Below are positions 25,283 to 39,176 of a stretch of DNA of 64,000 bases, in pieces. Position 1 is the first letter of the stretch, and every line of letters starts with the position of its first letter. The DNA comes from Chiloscyllium plagiosum (taxonomy: Eukaryota). The stretch lies in the NCBI RefSeq assembly GCF_004010195.1, contig NC_057713.1, positions 102,540,124-102,604,123 on the forward strand. Reading direction: 5' to 3'. The notes under the pieces were generated by a model. The model was given only the letters and a program-made list of their open reading frames with translations, made no database searches and was not told the DNA's origin. The position numbers and the translations under genes were made by a program.

Positions 25283-28089
25283 CTCCCATCTTTAAGCTTT
25301 GGGATGAATGAGGATAAGTTGAAAAACCTGCCTTATCTAGTTTCCTTGAGAGTAGGAAGTCATGACCATTTTCATAACTATGTAAAAAATTTTTTAAAAA
25401 ATTACTTTGATGGCTGAATGGCCTCTATCTGTCTTGTAATTACTCAATGCGATTTCTTAGTAACAAAATTATAGTTACCTTTTCAGTCCAAAGTAATTGG
25501 TCAGCTGAAAGAAAAAGCCTGAGTAAACCTGAAGAGCTGGATTTAGATAGCAATGAGGGTAATATTGAATGACAATCCCTGTTGGTAGGCTTTTCACCAC
25601 TTATTAGTGAGAATCATATCCTAATGTCTGGAATTTAGTTGGAAAATTTGACTTGTTGCTCCTGATGTTGAAAATGGCTTTGCAGGACTTCTCATGGGAC
25701 TTTTCAAAACTTCACATTATAGCCCACATCATTCAGGACCTGAGAAGATTCTACCCAGAATTTTGCTGTTGAAAATGTATTTGGGAAGCCCAAACAGAGG
25801 CTTGGTTGAAATTTTAAACATTCATTTAGTTAGTGTTATGAGCTCAAGCATCAAATAACATTTCTTTTAAGTTGAAGAAATCTAAAATTCTCATGATTTA
25901 TTAGCGGAATGATGCCACACAATTCAATGGGTTAAAATAACAGAGTTTTACTTATGTAAGAGTCAAAAAAAAGCAAACAGTAAATACTAACTTAGTTAAT
26001 CACTGAATCCCTTAAACCCAAAGTCAGGAGTAGTTGAACATGATTTGTCTGGCAAATGGCACTTGATTACAAAGTATAAATAGGTAATTAAGTAGTAGAC
26101 ACAACTAAGGCTGATCTTATGAATTGACTAAGTAGTTTACCCAGTGTATAGATATTCAAACTCAGTTAGAAAGTCCTTCAAAACCCTCTCTTTTTGACAA
26201 AGAATTTTAGCTACTCTTCTTCTAGCATAACTCTCAGCCAGTAGCAGGGCAATACTAATCTGAGTTCCATGGGTATGTCCTTCATCAAAAATGGTCCCCC
26301 TTTTGCAGAACCTCCTTGTCTTCATTGTAGGTCTTGAATGCTATCTTCAAGTCATGGAAACAGATGTAGCAACAGTGTATTTGCTTGTTTTAATCTGGAT
26401 CTGGCCTTTGAATTCTTTGACTTGCCTATACTACATCACTGGACTCATCAACTTCTGAGCTTACAGTTAACTATTTTCTTTTACATATTTCACTGAGTTT
26501 TAGTCTCCCTGGACACTTTGGATCCCATTCAGTTTCTTATAAGGAAACTGGTTAAGTGGAGTCAATTTCCTTTATTGAAATTCCTTTTTAAAATTATGTT
26601 GTCTAAAAAAATACACATTTTGAAACTACAGATTCCATCACAAGGAAAAAATAGAATTTGATATGTGAGCATGTATTCATAATGATGTAAATTTCCTGTA
26701 AGTTGTGGATGTAAGCATATATTGCAATAAATAAATCATATCTGAATACATACAGAAAATTAAATAAATCAAACCCACGGAATACATAAATACATGAATC
26801 AGATCTTGGTGTTCAAGATAACCAAATAAATCAGATCTGGGAGTGTTGTGATACAAAAATAGACATGCTCTTTCAGAACGATTAACTTTGTCATTTTAAT
26901 ATTTGCTGTGAGATAGTCACAGTCTCAAACACCTCTGACTATGCAGCTATTTAATATGGATATTTAATAAAGCAACAAGCTTTACAAGTGAAAAGAGAGG
27001 CTAATATTTTGTTTCTATCTTTTGATCAAGTGTTTTTTTTTCTGATACACAAAGTTTTATCTTGTGTTCACATACATTTCTACGTAGAAAACCGAGTCCC
27101 CTTGTAGGAAAACAAGATATAGCAGATGTTGGAAATTGGAAATAAAAAAAATAATACTTTTAAAATACTCAGAAACTGGAAGCTGTGAAAAATGAAACAG
27201 AGTTAAAGTTTCCGATCAATGATTTTTCATTAGGACTGTTGAGTACAGTACTTCCAGCATTTTCTATTTAGTTCTTCCTTCCACAAATGATCCATAAGTT
27301 AATGCACCCAGGCTTAACAACTGACCCCAAATCACTGGAGATGCTGATCAAATTTTCGCATCCCCTTCTACAGAAGAAAAACACTGCAATCCTTGACCAA
27401 TGTTTATAGATTAAAGCTTCTCAGTCCAATTTATTGACGGGTTAGATTTTAGAGATGGCAAAAAATTCAGCAAGACACAAATGTTCAAAATTCAACAGAG
27501 CTTGAATTTGACTATGCAGCATTGAAATAACTATCTTAGAAAAGCCTCCCTAATTAAGCCAAAAAATAATAGAACAATTTAATGTAACAGTTAAGTTTGG
27601 TTCTCAAAACAAACCTAGAGGATAAGACATTGCAGTGATTTTCATAGCTGCCAATGATCAGAAAGTAGTGAAAGGGATAGGGTGAGAGGAAGGACATTGT
27701 TTTACCCAACCAATGACATTGGCAGAAATCAGATTGATATTCCTTGTTTGTCTCTGTAAAGCTGGCCTCATGCATCACCTGAGCTAAGTCTCACAACAAG
27801 TCATGTGAGATGGCAGGAAACACAATACAGCAACATTTTAAAAGTGAGAGTGGAAATGAGAGAGTAATGACTCAAAAGTTGAGAAGTTTGTGCAGCATTC
27901 ATAGCAGCAAGCAGATGAAATAATGGAATCCCCAAAAACTCTTTTTGGTTTCCTCCAATAAATAAGCAAATTAGAATCCAGCAGTTCCTGCACCTTTTGA
28001 GGCTTTTTTTTTAACGTGGAAAGCAGTAATTATTTTATGCAATACCCAAATTGTTCAAATTAATACTTGTTTTCAATGTTGAATTAATA

Positions 28090-28480
28090 TAATTCCTGTT
28101 ACATCCTCAGGACATCCAGAGCTTTTTACAAACGAGTAAGTATTTGAAGTGAAATCTCTGCTGTGACGTAGGGAAACAGGACAGCCATTTTTATTCACAG
28201 CAAATCACTATAAATGGTAATGATGTAAGTGATCAAATCATCCATTTTAGATGTTGGTTGAGGGATAATATTCACCCACAAAGAACATGTTTTTCTTCCT
28301 GTAAAAATGTCATTGGATAGTTTTATGTCTGAGAGGGCATACCTTATCTGACAGAGGGCACCCCTGTTAGGCTGCATTCCCTTGATACTATAACAAAAAT
28401 TCAGCCTTAAAGCCTGCAGTAGGTCTTGTAAAAACAGCCTTCTGACTCAGAATCATGGGAGCCATACATTAAATCAGAAT
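28090..28480 (-). mobile_element. Deu-domain SINE (SacSINE1/AmnSINE-like)
   Basis: gatgttggttgagggataatatt... and ctgagagggca... match the reverse complement of the Deu core. Confidence 0.65.
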
Positions 28481-29304
28481 GAGATCACAGAAGATATACA
28501 ATAAATTTTACATTCTCAATCTAATGTCACCTTTTTTGATGTTAGTGCACAGACTGGAACTTTTTTTATAGAGCTAAACCTTCTTCCATTTATTGGATGG
28601 AAAATTCAAATTTGGAAGAACTAATGGTGTCCATTCCCATTACAGGCATATTCATCCTTCACCCAAAGTTTCTCATGACAAAAGATTTTGCAGAAAATTT
28701 ATCTTCATTTTAAATTTTGCTTTAGTCTCTGAATCAGTGGTCAAGAAATTAAAGACACCTGACGAAATCCACTAAATACATTATATTTTCTCTTATTAGA
28801 ATTAAGTCAACAATAAATAAAAATGTTCTGCTGTTTTGAGTACTCGGTTTGGGCTTCAAGCTCGTAAGCATCTGTGGTGTTTAATCAGACATGCAGAGAA
28901 ACACAAGCAGGCAGTCTGTCAAAGAAGCTTGCAGCTGACTTGACAGAAAGAGGTTGTGATGAAGTCTGGAGCTTGTAGTGGTTAAAAACAATGCTCTGCT
29001 CTTATTGCCTTTCAAGAACCACACTTTGCCCAGAGCTCGCTGTACAATCATTGCTGTGTCCTTGCTAATAGTGTCAAGCACGATCTTTCACTGAGTACAG
29101 TAGCATAGTGATTATGCTACTGCACTGTAAGTCACTGACAGGAAGTTCAAATCTCACCTTGGCAACAGGGTGGAGGAAGGGTGAGTGAATGGGAAATATA
29201 AATTCAAGTAATTAAATAAATCTTAAATAAAACAGCATCATCATTATAACGACTATGAAAACATCAGACTGTTGTAAAAACACATGTAATTCATTAATGT
29301 ACTC

Positions 29305-31781
29305 TAGAACTCTGTAGGAAGCTAGAGAAGTGATTGCTGGGCCTCTTGCTGAGATATTTGTATCATCGATAGTCACAGGTGAAGTGCGGAAGACTGGAGG
29401 TTGGTTAATGTGGTGCCACTGTTGAAGAAGGGTGGTAAGGAGAAGCTAGGGAACTATAGACCAGTGAGCCTTACGTCGGTGGTGGGCAGGTTGTTGGAGG
29501 GAATCCTGAGGGACAGGATGTGGAAAGGCAAGGACTGATTGGGGATAGTCAACATGGATTTGTGCATGGGAAATCATAAACTCAAATCAAACTTGATTGA
29601 GTTTTTTGAGGAAGTAACAAAGAGGATTGATGAAGGCAGAGCGGTAGATGTCATCTATATGGACTTCAGTAAGGCGTTCGACAAGGTTCCCCATGGGAGA
29701 CTGATTAGCAAGGTTAGATCTCACAGAATACAGGGAGAACTAGCCATTTGGATACAGAACTGGCTGAAAGGTAGAAGACAGAGGGTGGTGGTGGAGGGTT
29801 GTTTTTCAGACTGGAGACCTGTGACCATTGGAGTGCCACAAGACTCGGTACTGGGTCCTCTACTTTTTGTCATTTACATAAATGATTTGGATGCGAGCAT
29901 AAGAGGTACAGTTAGTAAGTTTGCAGATGACACCAAAGTTGGAGGTGTCATGGACAGCGAAGAGGGTTATCTCAGATTACAACAGGATCTTGACCAGATG
30001 GTGGATTAGTGGTGCTGGAAGAGCACAGCATCCGCCGACATTTCCGCCACCTCCAAACAGACCTCACCACCAGGGATATATTTCCCTTCCCACCCCTTTC
30101 CGCCTTCCGCAAAGACCGTTCCCTCCGTGACTACCTGGTCAGGTCCACGCCCCCCTACAACCCACCCTCCCATCCTGGCACTTTCTCCTGCCACCGCAGG
30201 AACTGTAAAACCTGCGCCCTCACCTCTATCCAAGGCCCTAAACGAGCCTTCCACATCCATCAATGTTTTAACTGCACATCCACTAATATCATTTATTGTA
30301 TCCGTTTCTCCCGATGCGGTCTCCTCTACATTGGGGAGACTGGGCGCCTCCTAGCAGAGTGCTTTAGGGAACATCTCCGGGACACCCGCACCAATCAATC
30401 ACACCGCCCCGTGGCCCAACATTTCAACTCCCCCTCCCACTCTGCCGAGGACATGGAGGTTCCTCACCACCAGACGCCTGGAGGAAGAACATCTCATCTT
30501 CCGCCTCGGAACACTTCAACCCCAGGGCATCAATGTGGACTTCAACAGTTTCCTCATTTCCCCTTCCCCCACCTCACCCTAGTTCTAAACTTGCAGGTCA
30601 GCACTGTCCCCATGACATGTCCGGACCTGTCCTACCTGCCTATCTCCTTTTCCACCGATCCAATCCACCCTCTCTTCCCTGACCTATCACCTTCATCCCC
30701 TCCCCCACTCACCCATTGTACTCTATGTTACTTTCTCCCCACCCCCACCCTTCTCTAGCTTATCTCTCCACACTACAGGCTCACTGCCTTTATTCCTGAT
30801 GAAGGGCTTTTGCCCAAAACGTCGATTTCAAAGCTCCTTGGATGCTGCCTGAACTGCTGTGCTCTTCCAGCACCACTAATCCAGAATCTGGTTTCCAGCA
30901 TCTGCAGTCATTGTTTTTACCTCTTGACCAGATGGGCCAATGGGCTGAGAAGTGGCACATGAAGTTTAATTCAGATAAATGCAAGGTGCTGCATTTTTGG
31001 GAAAGCAAATCTTAGCAGGACTTATACACTTAATGGTAAGGTCCTAGGAAGTGTTGCTGAACAAAGAGACCTTGGAGTGCAGGTTCATAGCTCATTGAAA
31101 GTGTTGTCGCAGGTAGATAGGATAGTGAAGAAGGTGTTTGGTATGCTTTACTTTATTGGTCAGAATATTGAGTACAGGGGTTGGGAGGTCATGTTGCGGC
31201 TAGACAGGACATTGGTTAAGCCACTGTTGGAATATTGCATGCAATTCTGGTCTCCTTCATATTGGAAAGATGTTGTGAAACTTGAAATGATTCAGAACAT
31301 ATTTACAAGGATGCTGCCTGGTTTGGAGGATTTGAGCTAAAGAGAGATGCTGAACAGGCTGGGGCTGTTTTCCCTGGAGCGTCAGAAGCTGAGGGGTGAC
31401 CTTATAGAGGTTTACAAAATTATGAGGGGCATGGATAGGGTAAATAGGCAAAGTCTTTTCCGTGGGATCGGGGAGTCCAGAACTAGAGGGCATAAGTTTA
31501 GGGGAAGAGGGGAAAGATATAAAAGAGACCTAAGGGGCAACCTCTTCACACAGAGGGTGATACGTATATGGAAGGTGCTGCCAGAGGAAGTAGTGGAGGC
31601 TGGTACAATTGCAACATTTAAGAGGCATTTGGATGGGTATATGAATAGGAAGGGTTTGGAGGGATATGGGCCGGGTGCTGGCAGGTGGGACTAGATTGAG
31701 TTGGGATATCTGGTCGGCATGGACAAGTTGGACCAAAGGGTCTGTTTTCATGCTGTACATCTCTATGACTCTATGACTCTA
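29305..31781 (+). mobile_element. CR1 LINE, 5'-truncated, interrupted by a Penelope element
   Basis: RT motifs (DFSKAFDKVPH, FADDTK); 3' end GRWD plus (GACTCTAT)n. Confidence 0.95.
30002..30921 (+). mobile_element. Penelope-like element with inverted 5' terminal piece and 14-bp TSD
   Basis: GIY-YIG IIYCIRFSRCGLLYIGETGRLLAECFREH; TSD TCTTGACCAGATGG at 29988-30001 and 30922-30935; 30002-30030 is the exact reverse complement of 30855-30883. Confidence 0.93.
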
Positions 31782-33229
31782 ATGTACTTTAGGAAAAGGA
31801 TTCTGCTGTCACTACATATTAGTGACACCAGCCTCAAAGCAATGTGATTGACTTTCAACGAGACATTCAGTTGTTCAAGAAGGTTGAAAATCACACAACA
31901 CCAGATTATATTCCAACAGGTTTATTTGGAAGCACTAGCTTTTGGAGCACTGCTCCTTCATCATAGGCTGTGGAATGGCAGCCTAAACAAGGCCCATAGT
32001 ACCCCACTAGTCCTTGCCATTGTGTATGAAGCCTCCAGCCCCTCTTCATTTCACCCCATCAACATGTCATCCTATTCCTTTCTTTCTCATGTTTATAAGA
32101 ATATTTTCCTTTAAATGCACCCCCTCATACATTTCCTATAGCAGCACATTTCACATTCTCATCACTCAAGTTTCTCCTGAATTTCTGATTGAATTTATGA
32201 TCACATTCATTACCTGTATTTTGGTGTCTTTCTCACCCCACCTTCCACAAATTTAAGTATCTTTATGCCTATATATGAATGTAAGGCACATGTCAGTGGG
32301 AGCTCATCTGCATTGGTCTTTTTATTGCTTGCTTCCCACACCTTTCTTAAAATATTAACAAGTGAAATCCATTTCTTTCTTCAACAAAAACATGGTGTGC
32401 TTGGTTGCAAATTATCTATTTAGTCTTCTCTCCCTTCCCTGTTAAAATTTCTTCTAAATAATAGTTCTTTCCCTGCTTTAAGAGCATCCCAAGGCTCATC
32501 TGGATGTTATCATTTCTAACTCATACTTACTATGTAATCTGGTTGTCCTCTCTAAACACCATTGGTAGACACTATTTTGCGATGCAAACTGCCTCAGCTT
32601 CATTGAGCGTTGGAGCTTCAGATCCAGTGGTTTGGTCAGCTTTACATTTCATTGAAATATGAAATATGAGCAGCAGAGGTCATTACCTCAGACTATTTGG
32701 TAAATCTGTGGAGAGATGAATTGAATTAATGTTTCCTGAAGAAGATTCATATCAGAAATTAAACATTAACTGCTTCTTTCTAATTGGATGGGTAACAAAA
32801 GCAAAATACCATGGCTGCTGGAAATCATCAATTAGATAATTATTTAAATAATAATAATCTGTAGGGTTATGGGGAACAGGCAGAACAGTGACATTATACC
32901 AAAGTGGTCAGAGAACTGGTGCAGACACAATGGACCAAATGATCTTCTGCTGCATCATGACAATTCTGTGCTTCTGAAATCTCTGCAGAAAAGGAATGAA
33001 ACCAATGAATCACCCACTTTTGGCTTAGGCACCAGACATGACAACAGTAAATTTGGCCCGTTCACAATGACATAGGAACAGGTGTATGCTGCTCTGCTAT
33101 TTAATACAATTATGGCTGGTCGAATATTTCAATGCATTGATAACAGACAATACATTATCCCCATGACCTTTTACATCAAAGATAGTCAAATGTATATCAA
33201 CATCAAAAATGCTGAAGAAATAAGCTTCC

Positions 33230-33620
33230 ATAACTTTCTAGGGTAGAGAATGCCAAAGCTTCACCAATTTCTGAGTCAAATAAAAATTCACCTCAGTCCT
33301 AAATGCTATCCTCCCCTTATTTTTAAATTGTCACTGCTGAATCCAGACTCCCCAGCCAGGGAAAACATCTTACCTCTATCTACCCTTTTTATCCCTTTAA
33401 CTATTTTGTAGGTTTCAATGAGAGCATCTTTAGAGAGTACAAGTACAGTTTGTGCAATTTCTTTTCGTAGACAGTCCCACCATCCTGGTAACAAGTAATG
33501 GTGAACATTCATTGCACACTCTCTATGGCAAAAATATCTTTTCTGAGATGAGGAGACCAAAACACAGTTCTCCAGGTGCAGTATGACTAAGCTCATATAC
33601 TATTGAAGCAATTTGCAAAA
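33230..33620 (-). mobile_element. Old CR1 3' fragment
   Basis: SLVILHLENCV...LIETYKIVKGIKRVDRGKMFSLAGES...LKIRG. Confidence 0.75.
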
Positions 33621-33995
33621 TCTTCCTTACTGACATTTGGCAATTTGTGCTAAATTTGGGAGAACTGGCCAATGGACTAGTAAAGAACAGCCTAACACTG
33701 TCATATATACTCACAGAATCATAACTTATAGATAACGTCCTGATACAAATATCACCATCCCTGGATATGTTCTGCCTTACTATCAGTGCAGAGTTACTAT
33801 AAGTGTCAGTACAGTGATATGTGGTCAGGAAGGAATTTTATGGGAGTCTCCAATATTGATTTGGGAACCAAAGATGTCTCATGGCATCAGGACAAACATG
33901 ACCAAGGAAACCTCATGCTAGTTTCACTTACTGGTCCCCACAGTTGATGAAGCAGTTTTCCTTCCTCCATGTTAAAAAACACTTGGAAGAAATAG

Positions 33996-34355
33996 GGGCA
34001 GCATGTTGGTTCAGTGGTTAGCATGTTGCCTCACAGCACTAGGAACCTGAGTTCTATTCCAGCCTTGGGTGACTGTCGGTGGAGTTTGGAGTTTGAACAT
34101 TCTCCCCTGTCTGCATGGGCTTCTGCTGGGTGTTCCAGTTTCTTCCCACAGTCTAAAGATTGACAGGTCATGTGGACTGGCTGTGCTAAATTGACCCATA
34201 GTATCCAGAGAGTGGCAGGCTAGGTGGGTTAGCCATGGGAAATGTGGGGCGATGGAGTTTGGGTGTGGGGGGTCAAGATGTCCGAGGGTTGGTACAGACT
34301 TGATGGGCTGACTGGCCTGTTTCCACACTGTAGGTGTTTTCTGATTCTATGATTC
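33996..34355 (+). mobile_element. HE1-type V-SINE (diverged)
   Basis: tRNA-like head, V-core and (GATTCTAT) tail. Confidence 0.8.
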
Positions 34356-36079
34356 TCTGTTCACTTCAATCTACATGTTTCCGAAACATCTGTCTATGGC
34401 TGTACTGACAATGTAACGGAGAATCATAGAATCAGAGAATTCCCTACAGTATGGAAAGAGACCCATTGAGTCTGCACCAACCCTTTGACACCCTGACCCA
34501 GGTTTAAGGTGAGAGAGGAAAGATTTAAAAAGGACCTAAGGGGCAATGTTTTTGCACAGATTGTAGTGCTAGTACGGACGATCTGCCAGAGGAGGTGGTG
34601 GAGGTTGGCACAACTTCAAAATTTAAAAGGCCTTCTGAAGGGTATACAAATAGGAAGGGTTTAGAGGGATATGAGCCAAGTGTTGGCAAATGGTACTAGA
34701 TTAATTTAGGACATCTGGTTGTTTAATAAAAAGTACAGGAAGGCATGCTAAGGGCAGCTCTGGGCATATCGAAAATTATTCATCAACCTGGTGAAACTAG
34801 GTCTATTCGCATGTCAAATGCAAAAGCAACATACAATCAACAGAGAGATATGATATCATGACCAGTTGGTCAAATGTAAGCTCTGCAGGCCTGACAAATC
34901 CAGTTGTGAATGGTGATTGAAAACTAGTTAACTGGTGGAAGAAACTCCTCAAAGAAGATGGGGAGATCAGCACATCAATGCAAAACACAAAAGCTTCCAC
35001 CAGGTAGATGATTTATCTCAGCCTCTTCCTGTGGTCCCCAGCATCAGTGATGCCAGCCTTCAGCTAATTTGATTTATTTCAAAAGGTATCATGAAATGGC
35101 TGAAGGCTCCGAATACAGTAAAGGCGACAAGCAACAACGTTCCAGTTATTTTTTTGAAGATGTGTTGCATATCTAGTCAACTCACCACCACTCAAGAACA
35201 GTTAGTGATCAGCAATAAATGATGCCTAGCCAGTGACTGCCTCAATCTGTGAAAAGAGCAAAACAAATTTGACAACAATGCTTTAAGATACAAATTCCTT
35301 ATTAAATTCAAATTAAACATTACTTAGCTTGAATCTTATCAATAAGATTAACTTTCTTTAGTTAAAATTATTTTTCTGTACAATTCACTTAATTTGTTAT
35401 CTTCATTCTTTTTGCATATAATTACAATTCAACCAGTATAACCATACATCTGATATTCATCAGAGCAGTCCAAAGCATGGTTGAAAGATGACTTACTCAT
35501 AAGGTTTTAATGGAAGTGGAGAGACACAAGGTATTTTAGGGAGGAACCCCTAGAGTTGAAACCCAAGGTGATCTAATGGTGCTTGTGAACTAGCATGAGA
35601 GAATTTGCAGGAAATTATAATAAGTACTCTACCAAGGCACATATTGTTGCCAGTACTGGCATAGTAGACCTATCTGAGCGATGCACCATTCTCTTTTCTG
35701 AATTGCTCAAACATCTTTTCTATAGAAATTTCAATTAAAACAGATGATGAGTCAAATGTTTACATCGAGAAACAAATAGCTTTTCCTGTGTTATTTTTGT
35801 GTTAAAGTTCACTCATGTACAAAATCAATATGCAGTATCATATCTCTGGACTATGTTTACTAAACTGACAATTGCATTAAAGATCAGTTTTAGATTGCCA
35901 GTTCAGTGCTTGCTGTATTTGAACTGGTTTATATTTCCCTGTTCACTGTTTAATAGGTAAAGACTAAAGGCTATATCTACATGAGGCATCACTAGCAAAG
36001 AAACATTTGCAGACTTCAGAGCTGTCGGATTACCTCTTTCCTTACAATATCAGACATTTATTTACTCACCCTTTGTTTT

Positions 36080-36982
36080 TATTCATTTGTGGGACTTTGG
36101 TGTCATTGGCTGGACAGCATTGATAGTCCACCCCTATTTGCCCTTGAGAAGGTGATGGTGACCTGCCTTCTTGAATCGCTGCAGTCCACTTGCTGTGGGT
36201 TGACCCACAATGCCGACAGGGAGGAAATTCCAGGATTTTGACCCAACAATTGTGAAGGAACAGCGGTATATTTCCAAGTCAGGTTGGTGAGTGGCTTGAA
36301 GGGGAGCTTGCAGATGATGGTGTTCCCAAGCACCTGCTGCCCTTGTCCTTGTAGGTGGAAGTGGTTGTGGGTTTTGAAGGCACTGTTTAAGGATCTTTGG
36401 TGAATTTCTGCAGTGCATCTTGTAGATAGTGCACGCTGCTGCTACTGAGCACCAGTGGTGGAGGGATAGAATGTTTGTAGGTGTGGTGCAAATCAAGCGG
36501 GTTGCTTTGTCCTGGATGGTGTCAAGCTTCTTGAGTGTTTTTAGAGCTGCACCCATCCAGGCAAGTGGAGAGTATTCCATCACACTCCTGTCTTCTGCCT
36601 TGTAGCTTGTAGGTCAAATTTGGGATGTCAGGAGGTGAGTTACTCGCTACTGTATCCCTTGTCTCTGACCTGCTCTTGTAGCCACTGTGTTTATGTGGTG
36701 AGTACAGTTGAGTTTCTGGTCAATGATAACCGCAAGGATGTTGACAGTGGGGGATTCAGTGATGGTAACACTGTCAAGGGGCAGTGGTTAGAGTTCTCTT
36801 ATCAGTGATGGTCATTGTCTGGCATTTGTGTGGCATAAATGTTACTTGCCACTTGTCAGCCCAAGCCTGGATATTATCCAGATATTCTTGCATTTGAGCT
36901 CAGATTGCTTCAGTATCTGAGGAGTCACAAATGGTGCTGAGCACAGTGCAATCATCGGTGAACATTCCACTTCTAACCCTAT
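36080..36982 (-). mobile_element. Older CR1/L2-clade LINE 3' fragment (second family)
   Basis: MEYSPLAWMGAALKTLKKLDTIQDKATRLI...; related copies at about 39560-40030, 51790-52043 and 55705-57000. Confidence 0.82.
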
Positions 36983-37799
36983 TCATTTACTTAAAAACAA
37001 TTTGCATTTATATCACACCTTTAATGTAATCAAGTCCTCCAAGATGCTGAACTAGAATATTATCAAACAAACTTGTCACTACCATATGAGAAAACTTGCG
37101 AATACCTGACCAAAGTTTTGGTCAAATAGGTAGGTTTTAAGAAGCGTCATAAAAGGAATGGTGGAATAGAGAAATGGAGGGGCACAGACATTTAGGGAGG
37201 AATTCCAGATCTCAGGGCATTGGTAGCTAATAGCTGCACAATTTAAAATTAGGGATGTGCAAGAGGCTAGAGGTGAAGAAGACCTTAGATCTTGAAAGAT
37301 TAGAAGGCTGGAAGAGTCAGAGTTGAGTTAATGCCATTGGAAGAATTTGAAAGAAAAATATGAGTTTTAAAATGAGATAAGGAATATTTTACAATTTCTG
37401 TCACAACTTAGTATCATCAATAATCTTCAATATTATTCCTCCAATTTCTAAGGTTAAATTTGTCTTTGGCAAACTGTGAATTGTTTTGATAAATCTGATC
37501 ATTTATGGGACTTGAAAGAAAACATACAATCTAATAGATGTTGTTAAAACTCAACTGGGATCACTAATGTCCTACAAGGAAGGATATTATTCAACCGGAC
37601 CTGGGGTGGCCTATACAGTGTGTGCAATTACCAGCATAATAGAAAGATAATTAGATCAACATAAGTAAAAACAGAAATTGCTGGAGAAACCGTGGCAGTC
37701 TGGTCTGGCAGCAACTGTGGAGAAAAGGCCAAATTAATGTTTGCAGTCCAGCGACCCTTCTTCAGAACTGAAGTCCTAATTAATAAAGCAGTGATTTCC

Positions 37800-38035
37800 C
37801 TGTGAACTGTGCCAGAGGATTCTTCTTCACCAGGTGCAAAGAGTTTCCCCTGGTACATGGAGGTCAATATTTATTTTCAATCAACATAACAAAAAGGTTA
37901 TCTGATCATTATCACAACGCTGTTTGGGGGAGTTTGCTGCCGTAATATTGGCTGCCACGTTTTCTGCAGAATTGACTGCAAAGTGCTGGCCACAAATAGT
38001 GATTGTGAAAAGTGGTACATAAATGCAAAGCTTCA
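37800..38035 (+). mobile_element. Deu-domain SINE fragment
   Basis: caatatttat...ttatctgatcattatcacaacgctgtttgggggagtttgctg...ttggctgccacgttt...taaatgcaa. Confidence 0.65.
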
Positions 38036-38426
38036 TTTTAGTTTTCATTCAAAGCACAGCTTAAAGTTGTGTAATGCTGGTCTTGTCCTTGTAGTTAACT
38101 CGAGACCACACTCCCTGTTGGTGAGGTGGGGTGTGTAATTGTGGACTCATAACTATGTAAATCAGGTGGACAAAGGGATCCTGGTCCCCAGCTCCATTGC
38201 TCCGTGATATTTTTATTTGTTTCTGCCCATTTCAGGGTCAGCCTGAGAGGGGTCTCAGATCCCATGTTCGGCAATTCTCCAATCACAGAAAGGGTCATAA
38301 CTTCTTTCTGATAGCACAAAATTTCTGAGCTTGTTTGGGTGCGCATACAGAAATGTTTTATATATACACATACATACTAATTTAGTATGTATATATCTAA
38401 GTGCCCATTGGAGACTGATAAAGATA

Positions 38427-38444
38427 TAGTGCCATCTAGTGGCT
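38427..38444 (-). promoter_or_regulatory. CTCF-like binding motif (reverse orientation)
   Basis: Minus strand reads AGCCACTAGATGGCACTA, a close match to the CCACNAGRKGGCRCTA consensus, in non-repeat sequence. Confidence 0.6.
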
Positions 38445-39135
38445 ACAATAGCATAAGTTCCAGAATCCATCCTGACCCTGATTCTGAGCCTTCAGCTTCT
38501 CAAATGCAAGTGCATCAAATTCTGAGAGAGTCAACCTTTTATGAAATAGTTGGTTTCTCAGAGACCCTACCCAAGGTTCTGACCTCTCAGGTTTGCACTC
38601 CACAACTGTTTAATAGCAACTCGTCTTGAAAAAGAACAGAGTGAATTCTTTAGGCCAAACCAGAGGGATGTTGAATTGGCAATGCACATTTCCAGTTGTC
38701 ACTTACTCTCAGTTTGAAAGGAATGTTTGATCAAAATACAATCTAATATTTAAAGAAATGGAGCCCAACTGCTTGATAGGGTTTTGGTATAATGTTGGCA
38801 AAATAATAATAAGTTAATACTATGATTCAAAATGCTCTTGAAATCTCAATTCATTGTGTTGACTGTATCTTTCTCAGGCAACAGTTAACTCATTGAAGCT
38901 GAGTTTATAAGACACAGAGTATTAACTTAATAAATTCACTCTTTTATTCTCAAAAGTTGCTAAAATATCAAGTGTCAAAGTATCCAAGTATCAAATTATT
39001 CCCAAATAGAAATTGTGAACAGTCAAAGGAAATCATACTAGTTACTCTTCTGCTAATCTAATACTGCACTTCAGTTGAAAAACATTACCCAAGAATGCAT
39101 AACTGGCCAGGCTTCACAGTTCCTTTGTTCTCCTT

Positions 39136-39176
39136 CACCTCACCTTACCTCACCTTACCTCACATTACCTCACCTT
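39136..39176. repeat. (CCTCACCTTA)n minisatellite, about 4 copies
   Basis: Direct reading. Confidence 0.8.

Noticed and set aside
26137-26325. Short minus-strand ORF ending at a donor-like site
   Set aside because: No recognisable homology, no convincing acceptor and no partner exons.
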